From contig DATIBR010000030.1 of the NCBI GenBank assembly GCA_035457425.1, forward strand, positions 15,991-79,990: a stretch of 64,000 bases of DNA, read 5' to 3'. Source of the stretch: Terriglobales bacterium. GTDB lineage: Bacteria; Acidobacteriota; Terriglobia; Terriglobales; Acidobacteriaceae. Shown here piece by piece: positions 55,311-64,000 of this stretch (its first letter is position 1; each line of letters opens with the position of its first letter). Under the pieces are notes generated by a model that did no database searches, was not told where the DNA came from, and saw only the letters and a program-made list of their open reading frames with translations. The translations under genes were made by a program, and so were the position numbers.

Positions 55311-56561
55311 TCAGTTCTGGCTTCCGAGCACGACGCGGGCCACAGCGAGCATGCTGATCGCCTGGGCCGACGGGTCGGCCAGCTTCTGGGCGCGACGCAG
55401 GGCGGCGACGGCGTCTACGTGCGCGGCGGCTTCGCTCACTTCTTCCACCACCGCGGGGACATTCTTTTCGGGCGTGCGCGCCGACCAGACCTCGTCGAGC
55501 GCGGAGTACGCGATGTCGAAGTAACGGTCGGCCTGTTTACGGTCGCCGGCGGTGCCGGTCGCAAAACCGTGAGCGGCCGCTTCCCTTGCCCGCAGCGACG
55601 ACGGCAACTTCTCCAGTCGCTCACTCTGGTCGCCCTTGGCATCCATGGCTTCGAGGACGGAGACGCTCTCCTCTTCCGGGTGCTCGATCTCGCCGGGCTG
55701 GCCCTCGGTGCGCGCGACGCCTTGCGCGACGACGTTCGACTGGAGAGCTTCCTGCAGCTTCTGCTCGCCGAGCGTGTCGCGCAGGACTCCCATCGCCATG
55801 TTGACGGCGAGATTGCGCTGGTTTCCCGGTTCGAACTGGCCAAGCCACTCGAGGAAGTTAATGCCGGCGTCCTGCGCGATGTCCTTGTCTACGTGCGGGG
55901 CCATCTGGATGAGCATGGCGGCGTAGTTCGGCGCCTCGGAGAGCTGCTCGGGGCCCTTCGGGAGCGAGCCGAACATTTTGGCGAAGGTGTCCTGGGACCA
56001 GCGCGTGGACGGGCCGAAGGACTCCATCAGGGCGAGGAGCGGCCGAGCGGAGACGACGCCGATGTCGAGGGCGGCGTCGAGCTTGCGGCGGAGCGGCTCG
56101 CGCGTGGTCTGCGGGCAGACGGAAACGGCGGCGAGCAGTGAATCCTCGGCGCGCGCCACGGCGTCTTGCGGGACGGTGTCGATGAACTGAGCCGCGACGG
56201 CGCAATCCACCGAACCGGTAGAGAAGATGGAGACTGCCGGGCGCCCACCGGAGGCGATGAGCTCAGCCTCGAGCCGCGCCCCCTCCGCGGTGAACTGCCG
56301 GGCCATCCTGCTGCTGAGGGGCGAGACGACGGAGGTCGCGGAGCTGAGGACGCGCAGGCGGTCCTGCGGATCGGGTTGCGGCAGCGCGACCGCCATCTGG
56401 ACTACGTCGAGCGCGAACTTACGCTTGGCCTGCTGGCGGGAGGCGGAAGCCCCCGGCGCGGCCTTCTTGGCGGACGCCCCCCTGGGCGCCGGGTTCGTCT
56501 GCGCCGAAAGCGAGCCGCCGGCCAGAGTCAGCAGCAGCACGATGGAGAGTGTCCTATTCAA
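55311..56561 (-). CDS. Secreted hypothetical protein (416 aa, helical-repeat-like)
   Basis: Signal peptide MNRTLSIVLLLTLAGGSLSAQ. Natural composition. No family recognised. Confidence 0.6.
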   Translation of the reverse strand: MNRTLSIVLLLTLAGGSLSAQTNPAPRGASAKKAAPGASASRQQAKRKFALDVVQMAVALPQPDPQDRLRVLSSATSVVSPLSSRMARQFTAEGARLEAELIASGGRPAVSIFSTGSVDCAVAAQFIDTVPQDAVARAEDSLLAAVSVCPQTTREPLRRKLDAALDIGVVSARPLLALMESFGPSTRWSQDTFAKMFGSLPKGPEQLSEAPNYAAMLIQMAPHVDKDIAQDAGINFLEWLGQFEPGNQRNLAVNMAMGVLRDTLGEQKLQEALQSNVVAQGVARTEGQPGEIEHPEEESVSVLEAMDAKGDQSERLEKLPSSLRAREAAAHGFATGTAGDRKQADRYFDIAYSALDEVWSARTPEKNVPAVVEEVSEAAAHVDAVAALRRAQKLADPSAQAISMLAVARVVLGSQN

Positions 56562-56642
56562 ACCGCGGCCTTTCGAAGTGATGGGGAGACGCGATTGCGT
56601 CTCCCCGGTTGGATGCGTACACCGGCACCGCCGAGCGCCTGA

Positions 56643-57368
56643 CTACCAGATCGAGAGCTTCACGCTGTCGAGCCAGACGGTGTAGTCGGTCTGGTACTTG
56701 TTGCCGTCCATCTGGAAGGCGACGTTGATCTCGCGGGCGGAAGTGCTGCGCGGCGCGTAGGAGCGATTGAAGTAGTGCTTGGAGCCGTTGATGGTGACCG
56801 AGAGGAACCCAGTCTTGCCGTCGTCCCGGCGCTTGAACTCCAGCACCACATGGTGCCAGGTGTAGGCCTTGGGGACGTTGCAGGCGATGCTGGTCGTCTT
56901 CCACGCCCGGTTGTAGGGGTCGTAGACGTGCCAGGTCTTCGTGCCCTTGAAATCACACTCGGTGCCGAAGATGTACTTCTTGCCGTTGACAGACTGGTTG
57001 ACGTCGAACTCGAGAGCCTGCGCGGCGCTGGGGTTCTTGATGTAGTAGTAGAGGTCATACTTGAAGCTGCGGACGCCGCTGTTGGGGCCGAGCTGCTTCC
57101 ACCAGAGAGCGTTGGAGTAGGGGGTGCTGCCCCCGAGGAAGAACCTGCGCGAGTTGCCATCCCGCGAGGGTGACTTCACGCCGCTGGCGGTGGTGTGGTA
57201 GGCCGACGGCCCACTGCCACCGGCGCCGGCGCAGACCGAGCACGACTGCCAGCCCGTCTTCTGGTCGATGTTGTAATAGGTCGTTCCGGCAAAAGCGGAC
57301 GACACGAGCAGCGCGAAGGCGGCCAGGACCAGCGCGCGCAGGACACTCTTAAGATTCCGGGACTGCAA
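56643..57368 (-). CDS. Secreted hypothetical protein, beta-rich (lectin/jelly-roll-like impression)
   Basis: Signal peptide. Aromatic-rich beta-strand pattern (WHVYDPYNRAWK, TWHHVVLEFKR, YTVWLDSVKLSIW). Fold assignment is speculative. Confidence 0.55.
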   Translation of the reverse strand: MQSRNLKSVLRALVLAAFALLVSSAFAGTTYYNIDQKTGWQSCSVCAGAGGSGPSAYHTTASGVKSPSRDGNSRRFFLGGSTPYSNALWWKQLGPNSGVRSFKYDLYYYIKNPSAAQALEFDVNQSVNGKKYIFGTECDFKGTKTWHVYDPYNRAWKTTSIACNVPKAYTWHHVVLEFKRRDDGKTGFLSVTINGSKHYFNRSYAPRSTSAREINVAFQMDGNKYQTDYTVWLDSVKLSIW

Positions 57369-57578
57369 AGCTCTAACTCCTTGTGCGATTCAGAATGCCC
57401 CTATCGCACGAACACTCACGACGATGTCCACCGTGCGCACCGTACGAGAGTGATCCAGGGGATGTTGTGAAGGTACGGAAGCATCTACTCTGGTGCAATG
57501 GCCCGGAAGAGAAAGGCGGAAACGGGTAGTAGGCGGAGGTTAAGAGCGGGCCTTAGTCCCTGAAATCGCCTAAGGTGG

Positions 57579-58553
57579 TTACTGGGCGGGGTTGCGGAAG
57601 CTGGCGCGCAGCTCGGCGACGATCTCGCGGGCAGCGACGCGCGCGCGCTCGGTCTGGCCGGGCTCGAACGAGATGGCGCCGACCCGAGCGTGCCCGCCGC
57701 CGCCGTAGCGCTCACAGATGTGCGCGAGGTTCACCATCTTGGGCGATTTCGTCCAGGGGTTGGAGCCAACCGAGACCTTAGTCCGGAAGGAACTCTTGCT
57801 CAGCCCGACGGAATAGACGCATTCCGGGTGGAGATAGTAGGGGATGAACTTGTTGTAGCCCTCGAGTTCCTGGTCGGTGACGTCGAAGAAGACGGTGCCG
57901 TCCTTGCACTCGGTGCGGTCGCGCAGCAGGTCGATGGAGCGGCGGTGGCGCTCGAGCAGCGGCGGCAGCAGAGCGGCGATGAAGGGCTCCTCGAGGACCT
58001 CGGCCAGGGATTTGGAGACGAGCAGCGGGATGAGGCGGGGCGTGAAGGTGTGGTCCTGGCTGGCCTCGATGACCATAGTGAGGCGCATGGCCGGCTCCTT
58101 CATCTCGACGGCGATCCTGGGATCCTTGAACTGGGCGCCGTCGATGATGTCGGCCCACTCGACCAGCTCGGCGACGGGCTTGGGGTCGAAGCCGAACTGG
58201 CGCTGGGCGATGTCGGCAATGAACTTGGTGCAGGACTTGTAGTCGGGGTCGAAGAACTTCTTGTTGCTCTGCTGGCGCTCGTAGTGCGAGGCGTCGTCGG
58301 GGGTGAGGAAGGCGCTCTGGTGGTGGTCGAACCACCAGGTGATCCGGGGCGAGGGGGAGTACTTGAAGTCGACGATGGCATTCTCGTCGCCGTCGAAGGT
58401 CTTCTCGTCGAACAGGGCGCCGGCGCGGTGGACCAGGCCGTGGTAGACGAACTCGACGTCCTCGCGGATGCGCTCGCGGTAGAAGCGGGAGAAGAGGCCG
58501 GCGGAGGCGGCGCCGTCAAAGCACTTGTCGTGGTAGAAGACCTTGACCTTCAA
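57579..58553 (-). CDS. DHH-superfamily phosphoesterase with DHHA1-like C-terminus
   Basis: N-terminal YHDKCFDGAAS, FDHHQS, C-terminal GGGGHARVGA. Confidence 0.75.
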   Translation of the reverse strand: MKVKVFYHDKCFDGAASAGLFSRFYRERIREDVEFVYHGLVHRAGALFDEKTFDGDENAIVDFKYSPSPRITWWFDHHQSAFLTPDDASHYERQQSNKKFFDPDYKSCTKFIADIAQRQFGFDPKPVAELVEWADIIDGAQFKDPRIAVEMKEPAMRLTMVIEASQDHTFTPRLIPLLVSKSLAEVLEEPFIAALLPPLLERHRRSIDLLRDRTECKDGTVFFDVTDQELEGYNKFIPYYLHPECVYSVGLSKSSFRTKVSVGSNPWTKSPKMVNLAHICERYGGGGHARVGAISFEPGQTERARVAAREIVAELRASFRNPAQ

Positions 58554-58688
58554 TCAGACCCCATCTCTTCCCCGTCCGGCGCGCGCGAGAGAAGTGGATA
58601 GGAATCTCATTCCGGGGAGAATGTGTCAAGGCGCAAAAGAAAACGCGGCCCCGCCGAACGGGACCGCGCCGGTAGAACTCAAGACGTT

Positions 58689-59072
58689 CTAGGCGTACTT
58701 CTCAGCCAGATTGCCGATGACCGGCAGCTTCCACTGCTGACCCTGGTATGCCTTCACCATCAGCATGATCCAGGCGACCATGTAAGCCAGCGGGAAGACC
58801 AGCCACAGAATGCCGGCGACGGCTGCCAGCGCACTGCTGATCATGCCCAAGGCCATGGAGACGATCATCAGGCCGATGTTCAAGGCGATCACGCCGACCC
58901 AGAAGAAGATGCACTGGAAACAGTGAAAGCGAACGAACTTGTTCTTGTTATACGGCTCGATGAGCAAGAACACGATCGCGAGAACTCCGATCAGGTAGAC
59001 CAACAGTCCGGCCACATTGTCAGCCAATCCACCGGTCGATGGCGCCGGCGCTGCTCCCGTACCCTCTGCCAT
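58689..59072 (-). CDS. DUF4870-like small membrane protein
   Basis: VRFHCFQCIFF motif and 3-4 helices. Confidence 0.7.
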   Translation of the reverse strand: MAEGTGAAPAPSTGGLADNVAGLLVYLIGVLAIVFLLIEPYNKNKFVRFHCFQCIFFWVGVIALNIGLMIVSMALGMISSALAAVAGILWLVFPLAYMVAWIMLMVKAYQGQQWKLPVIGNLAEKYA

Positions 59073-59232
59073 GTTGCTTCCTCCTCAACGCTGCGTGAAT
59101 ATGCCGCGCGATCTCGAGTGAAACCGTGGTTGGGCCGCGCTGGCTTTGGTGGTTCGCGGGGACGTTATCAAAATCCGGTGTCACAGGGAAGGAAAAAGCG
59201 CACAAAAAGACCTTAGCGGGCGGCCTGGGCAG

Positions 59233-59730
59233 CTACACGACGCTACTGGACGACTTCTTGCGACAGTCCTGGCAGAGCCCGTAGATCTGGAAAGTGTGGC
59301 GGGTGGTGAGGTAGTGGTGCTTGCGGCCGATCTCCTGCTCCAGCTTCCCTACCTCGGGCGAGAAGAACTCGACCGAGCTGCCGCACTCGGTGCAGACCAT
59401 GTGGTGGTGGCTGCGGCGATTGTACTGGTGCTCGAAGCGCGCGACGCCATCGTGAAAGGCGACCTCGCTGGCGAGGCCGCAGTCGGCGAGGAGCTTGAGC
59501 GTGCGGTAGACGGTGGTGAAGCCGATGCGCGGGTCGCGCTTCTTGACGAGGCGGTGGAGCTCGTCGGTCGAGAGATGGTCGCGCGTCTCGAGGAAGGTAC
59601 GCAGGATGGTGTCGCGCTGGTCGGTGTGCTTCAGGCCGACGCGCTTGAGGTGCTTGTAGAAGAGATCTTGGGCCTCGCGGACCTGCTCGCGGGAGATGGT
59701 CGGCTGGTCGTCGATGCGCTTCTGGAGCAT
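59233..59730 (-). CDS. Fur-family transcriptional regulator
   Basis: TDQRDTILRTF winged helix, HHHMVCTECG and CQDC zinc sites. The metal specificity (Fur, Zur or PerR) is not determinable. Confidence 0.9.
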   Translation of the reverse strand: MLQKRIDDQPTISREQVREAQDLFYKHLKRVGLKHTDQRDTILRTFLETRDHLSTDELHRLVKKRDPRIGFTTVYRTLKLLADCGLASEVAFHDGVARFEHQYNRRSHHHMVCTECGSSVEFFSPEVGKLEQEIGRKHHYLTTRHTFQIYGLCQDCRKKSSSSVV

Positions 59731-59831
59731 GCGGAGGGACAGGATACCATCGGCTCGGCGGGCGGGCGGATACGAGGTTCGCCCGATTGCTGGGCGGCGC
59801 GGCTCCCCATACAATCTTGCTTCCTTCCCAC

Positions 59832-62357
59832 ATGGCCACACCGATGCTCGCTCCCACTCGCCCACGCTCTCGCCGGATCGCGGCGCGGATCACGATTGCC
59901 CTGCTGCTCGTTGTGTTGGTCGCGGTCGCTGGAGCCGGCGGTTGGTTCTACGCGACCGCGCGGGCGGCGCTGCCGCAGCTCGAGGGGTCGATCGGGTTGC
60001 GCGGATTGTCGGCGCCGGTCACGGTCGCACGGGACAGCCAGGGCGTGCCGCACATCGCCGCCGCGAGTCCGGAAGACCTCTTCTTCGCGCAAGGATTCGT
60101 GACGGCGCAGGACCGGCTGTGGCAGATGGACATCAACCGCCGCTTTGCCGCAGGCGAGCTGAGCGAGATCTTCGGGGCCGACTTCTTCGGCAGCGACATG
60201 CTCAAGGTGGACCGCGGGCAGCGGACGCTGCTGCTTCGTCCCGTGGCGCAGCGAGCGGTGGCGGCGTTGCCGGCACGCGAGCGGGCGCATCTCGAAGCTT
60301 ACGCGCGGGGCGTGAATGCTGCCATCGAGCAGCAGCGCGGGCATCTGCCCATCGAGTTCCGGCTGCTGAGGTATGAGCCGAAGCAGTGGACGGCGGAAGA
60401 CACGATGCTCGTGGTGCTGAACATCGTGGAGTCGCTGAATCACGGGACGTACGCCGACGACCTGGCGCGCGAGAAGGTGGCGGCGCGCGTGCCGGCGGAG
60501 CTGATGGCGGACCTCTACCCGACGACCTCGTGGCGCGACCAGCCTCCGACCGACAAGCCGAAGCGGCTTTCCGCCGACGATCCCACGCCGGAAGAAGAGG
60601 AGGAGATGACGGATGAGGATTCGGCGGTCACGCGGCTGCGGCGCTGGCGCGAGCTGCTTCCCTTGGCGGCGCCGCTGGGCGACGAGGAGCGGCCGCGCGC
60701 GGGCTCGAACAACTGGGTGGTGTCGGGTGCGCATTCGGTGTCGGGCAAGCCGCTGCTCTCGAACGACATGCACCTCGGCCACCACATCCCGAACGTCTGG
60801 TATGAGGCGCATCTCAAGCTGACGCAGCCGGTAGAGGGCAAGACGTTCGACGTCGCGGGCGTCACGCTGCCGGGCTTTCCGTACGTGATCGCCGGGCACA
60901 ACGGGCGCGTTGCGTGGGGGTTCACGAACCTCGGTCCCGACGTCGAGGACGTGTACGTCGAGGAATTCAACGGCAAGGGGGAATACAAGACGCCGCAGGG
61001 CTGGGCCAAGGCCGAGCATCGGCAAGAGGTCATCAAGGTGAAGAAGGGCGGCGACGTCACGCTCGACATCGTGGTGACGCGGCATGGCCCGATCATCAGC
61101 GACCTGGTCCCCGGCGAGACGCGGAAGGTCGCGCTGCGGTGGAACGTCTACGACGAGAAGCAGCCGCCCGCGCTCGTGTACTGGGACGTGAACACGGCGA
61201 CGGACTGGTCGAGCTTCCGCGCGGCATGGTCGCGGCACGTCGCTCCGGCGCTGAACGTGGTGTACGCGGACGTGGACGGGCACATCGGCTACCAGGCGAC
61301 GGGGATGATCCCCATCCGCAAGGGCTGGGAAGGAAACCTTCCGGTCGCGGGCGGCGACGACGCGCACGAGTGGGCTGGGAACATCCCGTTCGAGGAGCTG
61401 CCGCAGGTGTTCGACCCGGCGAGCGGGGTGCTGGCGACTGCGAACGCGCGCATCACGCCGAACGGATACAGGTACATGGCCGGCAATCAATGGTTCCCGC
61501 CGTACCGGCAGGAGCGCATCTATCGCATGCTGGGCAGCGGGCGGAAGTTCGCGCCCGCCGACATGCTGGCGCTCGAGATGGACGTGTACTCGGAGTTCGA
61601 TCGCTTCGTCGCGGAGCGCATCGTCTACGCGGTGGACCACGCCAAGCAGCCGTCCGAGAAGGCGCGGAAGGCGGCGGACATCCTGCGCACCTGGGACGGC
61701 CGGGTTCTTCCGGATGCGGTCGCGCCGGTGCTGACCAGCGTGACGCGGCGGTATCTGTGGCAGCTGCTGCTGGAGGGATATCTTGGTGCGCCGGATCCGC
61801 CGGGCCAGGGCGAGCCGACGCGGCGGGTGGTGAGCGGCGTTTACAAGGAGTACTCGTGGGGGATGCAGTCGGTGGCGCTGGAGAACCTGCTCGCGCGGCA
61901 ACCGCAGCGCTGGCTGCCGAAAGGCACGGCAAACTGGGACGAGTTGATCACGGCAGCGGTCGAGCGCGCCGTGACCGACAAAGAGGCGCCGCGCAACCTG
62001 GATGACTGGACGTGGGGGAAGTTCCTGCCGCTGACGCTGGCGCACCCGCTGCTCGGTCCCGTGCCGGGCGTCGGACGCTTCGTCGGGCCGGGCACGGTCC
62101 CGCAAGCCGGCAACAGCTTTACGGTGAAGGCGGCGGGGCGGAGCTTCGGCGCGTCGCAGCGTTTCACCATCGACCTGGGAAAGCTGGACGATTCGCTGTC
62201 GAACATCGTGACGGGCCAGTCGGGCCAGATCTTCAGCGCGCACGCGATGGACCAGTGGAGCGCGTGGTACGAAGGCGGCAGCTTCCCGCTTCCCTTCACC
62301 GATGAAGCGGTGCGTAAGGCGACGGTGCACACCCTCACGCTGAAACCCGCGAACTAA
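59832..62357 (+). CDS. Penicillin/AHL-acylase-family Ntn hydrolase
   Basis: GVPHIAA, AQDRLWQMD, processing-site context GSNNWVVSG, single N-terminal helix. Confidence 0.9.
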   Translation: MATPMLAPTRPRSRRIAARITIALLLVVLVAVAGAGGWFYATARAALPQLEGSIGLRGLSAPVTVARDSQGVPHIAAASPEDLFFAQGFVTAQDRLWQMDINRRFAAGELSEIFGADFFGSDMLKVDRGQRTLLLRPVAQRAVAALPARERAHLEAYARGVNAAIEQQRGHLPIEFRLLRYEPKQWTAEDTMLVVLNIVESLNHGTYADDLAREKVAARVPAELMADLYPTTSWRDQPPTDKPKRLSADDPTPEEEEEMTDEDSAVTRLRRWRELLPLAAPLGDEERPRAGSNNWVVSGAHSVSGKPLLSNDMHLGHHIPNVWYEAHLKLTQPVEGKTFDVAGVTLPGFPYVIAGHNGRVAWGFTNLGPDVEDVYVEEFNGKGEYKTPQGWAKAEHRQEVIKVKKGGDVTLDIVVTRHGPIISDLVPGETRKVALRWNVYDEKQPPALVYWDVNTATDWSSFRAAWSRHVAPALNVVYADVDGHIGYQATGMIPIRKGWEGNLPVAGGDDAHEWAGNIPFEELPQVFDPASGVLATANARITPNGYRYMAGNQWFPPYRQERIYRMLGSGRKFAPADMLALEMDVYSEFDRFVAERIVYAVDHAKQPSEKARKAADILRTWDGRVLPDAVAPVLTSVTRRYLWQLLLEGYLGAPDPPGQGEPTRRVVSGVYKEYSWGMQSVALENLLARQPQRWLPKGTANWDELITAAVERAVTDKEAPRNLDDWTWGKFLPLTLAHPLLGPVPGVGRFVGPGTVPQAGNSFTVKAAGRSFGASQRFTIDLGKLDDSLSNIVTGQSGQIFSAHAMDQWSAWYEGGSFPLPFTDEAVRKATVHTLTLKPAN

Positions 62358-62371
62358 GAAGGGAAAAAACA

Positions 62372-62391
62372 GGCCGCGCCGAGGCGCGGCC
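62372..62391. terminator. Bidirectional hairpin between convergent genes
   Basis: GAAAAAACA-GGCCGCGCC-GA-GGCGCGGCC-CTATCGCTTT. Confidence 0.55.
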
Positions 62392-62409
62392 CTATCGCTT
62401 TGCGCGGCA

Positions 62410-63642
62410 CTAGTCTGGGGAGATCACATCCCAGGAGCGTCCGACGGTATCGACCTGCTTGCTCTGGAGGGCATCGGTGGCGGAGTCGTAGATGCGCAAC
62501 TCGCCGCCTTCGACCACATACACGACGTTGCGGCCGGTGATAGTGGTCATGCCGCTGATGTCGTTCAAGCTGTTGCAGGCGGAGCCGCAGGGCGGAACGA
62601 TCACCACCGCGCTCGAGGAAGTATTGAAGATGGAGAGGCACCCGTTGGGAGCGACGGCGGCGCAGGTGAACTCGGCGCCGATGTACAGCCGATTATTGGC
62701 GGCGAGCAGCATGTGATCGTGATAGCCGTCGGAGATCTCGGCGGTCGGCGGATACGAGGGGTTGAGCGCACCGGAGACGTCGACCTTGGTGAGCGCGCCA
62801 CAACGCAGGCTGGTATTGGGCGCGGCGCAGGGCGTCGCGGGCGCGGTGCCTGCGACGTAGAGAGTGTTGCCGCTCAGGAGCGCGTACGTCGCGCCCCCCG
62901 GCACGCCGGCAGCCGCACCCATGACTGCGCCGGGGAAGGTCAAAACCTGGACCCCCGCAGAGGCTCCGCCGCATTCCGGGCCACAGTTCAGCACCCAGGC
63001 CTTGCTGCTGTCGCTCGAGAACACTGCCCACACGGGGCGGTCGAATAGACCGGGGGCGCCGCCCACCCGGACGGGGGTGAGAGTGGAGGCGGTGGTGTCG
63101 ATGTACCACACGGTATCGGTCGAGTCCTCGGGAAAGACGAGGATGTGTTTTCCGTCCGGGCTGCGCACCATGCGGCGGGCATTGGGGATGGAGACGCTGG
63201 TGACGGAATTGGTCGCGGTGGAAGTATCCCAGCGAAAAACCTGGCCGCTATTGCGCACGGCGACGAAGACGATCTTGCTGTCGGGCTGATAGAAGAAGCT
63301 GATGGACTCGTCGGGCAGCGACAAGGAACCGAGGACGGCTTCGCTGGCGGTGCCGATGGCGTCGATGCGGCTGCCGCTGCCCGTCCCGGTCGCTACCAGG
63401 ATGATGGACTTATCCGGCGAGAGCGACATGATGGTGGGGCCGGGATCGGTGCCGATGCGGTGCGCACTGACGATGTCGTCGGTGGCGTTGATAATGTCGA
63501 GCGCGCCGGTGAACTGATTGGAGACAAAGGCGCGGCGCGTGAGGCCGCTGGTGACAGGACCGGTGTTGGTGTTACTGCCACCACCGCAGCCCCACACGAA
63601 AACGACAGAGAGCAGGATGATTGCGCAAGCCAGACGGCGCAA
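62410..63642 (-). CDS. Lipoprotein with beta-propeller (YVTN/lactonase-like) repeats
   Basis: TTG start 6 nt after AAGGAG gives the lipobox LLSVVFVWGC. Repeated V..S/D..I.V.D-type blades. Confidence 0.7.
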   Translation of the reverse strand: MRRLACAIILLSVVFVWGCGGGSNTNTGPVTSGLTRRAFVSNQFTGALDIINATDDIVSAHRIGTDPGPTIMSLSPDKSIILVATGTGSGSRIDAIGTASEAVLGSLSLPDESISFFYQPDSKIVFVAVRNSGQVFRWDTSTATNSVTSVSIPNARRMVRSPDGKHILVFPEDSTDTVWYIDTTASTLTPVRVGGAPGLFDRPVWAVFSSDSSKAWVLNCGPECGGASAGVQVLTFPGAVMGAAAGVPGGATYALLSGNTLYVAGTAPATPCAAPNTSLRCGALTKVDVSGALNPSYPPTAEISDGYHDHMLLAANNRLYIGAEFTCAAVAPNGCLSIFNTSSSAVVIVPPCGSACNSLNDISGMTTITGRNVVYVVEGGELRIYDSATDALQSKQVDTVGRSWDVISPD

Positions 63643-63809
63643 AACGGGCTCCTTAAGGAATTGGGTCGAGGGAGTAAAAAGCGGATTATAGCAGACCGCC
63701 TGCTGCCCCCCCGTCCCACTCGACCGCAGTTTCCGCGCGCTCGCTGCGCCCTTGTTCCGCTCGCCAGCGGTTGCTCCGCGGCGCAACGCCACGCTGCTAT
63801 GCTGATTGG

Positions 63810-64000
63810 ATGAGCCACCCCTTCCTTCGGCGACTGGAGCAGCGCCCCATCCTGTGCGATGGCGCGATGGGCACGCTGCTGTACGCCAAAGGGGTGTTCA
63901 TCAACCGCTGCTACGACGAGCTGAACGAATCGCAGCCGCAGCTGATCCGCGGGATCCACCGGGAATACGCAGAAGCGGGCGCCGAGGTGATCGAGACCAA
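63810..64000 (+). CDS. Homocysteine S-methyltransferase-domain protein (MetH / bifunctional Hcy-methyltransferase N-terminus), 3' end outside window
   Basis: Hand translation gives MSHPFLRRLEQRPILCDGAMGTLLYAKGV...IHREYAEAGAEVIET. The frame is open to the window end and is not in the ORF track. Confidence 0.8.
   Translation, partial: MSHPFLRRLEQRPILCDGAMGTLLYAKGVFINRCYDELNESQPQLIRGIHREYAEAGAEVIET

Noticed and set aside
59168-59180. CCGGTGTCACAGG, identical to the right half of the hemerythrin Crp/Fnr-type box, as a third regulator site.
   Set aside because: The left half-site is absent (AAATCC instead of TGTGAC). A lone half-site is not sufficient evidence.
59631-62330. 899-aa ORF on the minus strand.
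   Set aside because: It lies antisense to the penicillin-acylase-family gene, is Arg/Pro/His-rich, and has no motifs. It is a shadow ORF.
63643-63809. A riboswitch (cobalamin, SAM or SAH) in the 167-nt leader of the homocysteine methyltransferase-domain gene.
   Set aside because: I found no B12 box and none of the conserved SAM-I, SAM-II or SAH core sequences by eye. A covariance-model scan would be needed, so this is not claimed.

Overview
High-GC (about 65-70%) bacterial chromosomal window, densely packed with mostly housekeeping genes. The protein repertoire looks like a soil Acidobacteriota-type genome, but that is an impression I cannot verify here. Gene content, left to right: glnE (3' part), icd, mdh; an ECF sigma/zinc anti-sigma pair; two cyclophilins and an M19 dipeptidase; sdhC-sdhA-(54-aa ORF)-sdhB; a Kef-type antiporter and rdgB; tRNA-Arg(ACG); a csoR-copA copper locus; a gapless five-gene GT2/PTPS/PTPS/folE/SDR pterin cluster; truB and miaB; tRNA-Gly(CCC); a hemerythrin-PFOR operon; a TPR-NfeD-stomatin-SPOR block; arsR-arsM; a formimidoyltransferase-cyclodeaminase; yebC; purQ; an aminotransferase and a 2-hydroxyacid dehydrogenase; envelope sugar genes; tRNA-Arg(CCT); a DEAD-box helicase facing an RRM-protein operon; a Fur-family regulator; a penicillin-acylase-family protein; and the start of a homocysteine S-methyltransferase-domain gene. 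I found no transposase, integrase, phage gene, CRISPR array or recognisable defence system. Most long ORFs in the six-frame track that lie antisense to these genes are high-GC shadow ORFs. The most interesting signals are: (1) a mammalian-type (Cx5HGH) tetrahydrobiopterin-like pathway translationally coupled to a membrane glycosyltransferase; (2) two identical TGTGAC-N4-GTCACA Crp/Fnr-type boxes with the same class-II spacing, one upstream of hemerythrin-PFOR and one upstream of an uncharacterised Cys/His protein; (3) an unannotated 54-aa two-helix ORF overlapping both sdhA and sdhB; (4) four helically phased TACCGTGGTT repeats upstream of miaB, with a fifth copy elsewhere; (5) a small-basic-protein/pseudo-receiver/RRM operon convergent with the helicase; (6) a near-identical hairpin element abutting the stop codons of two unrelated genes. 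All functional calls come from reading motifs by eye; no database search was run.
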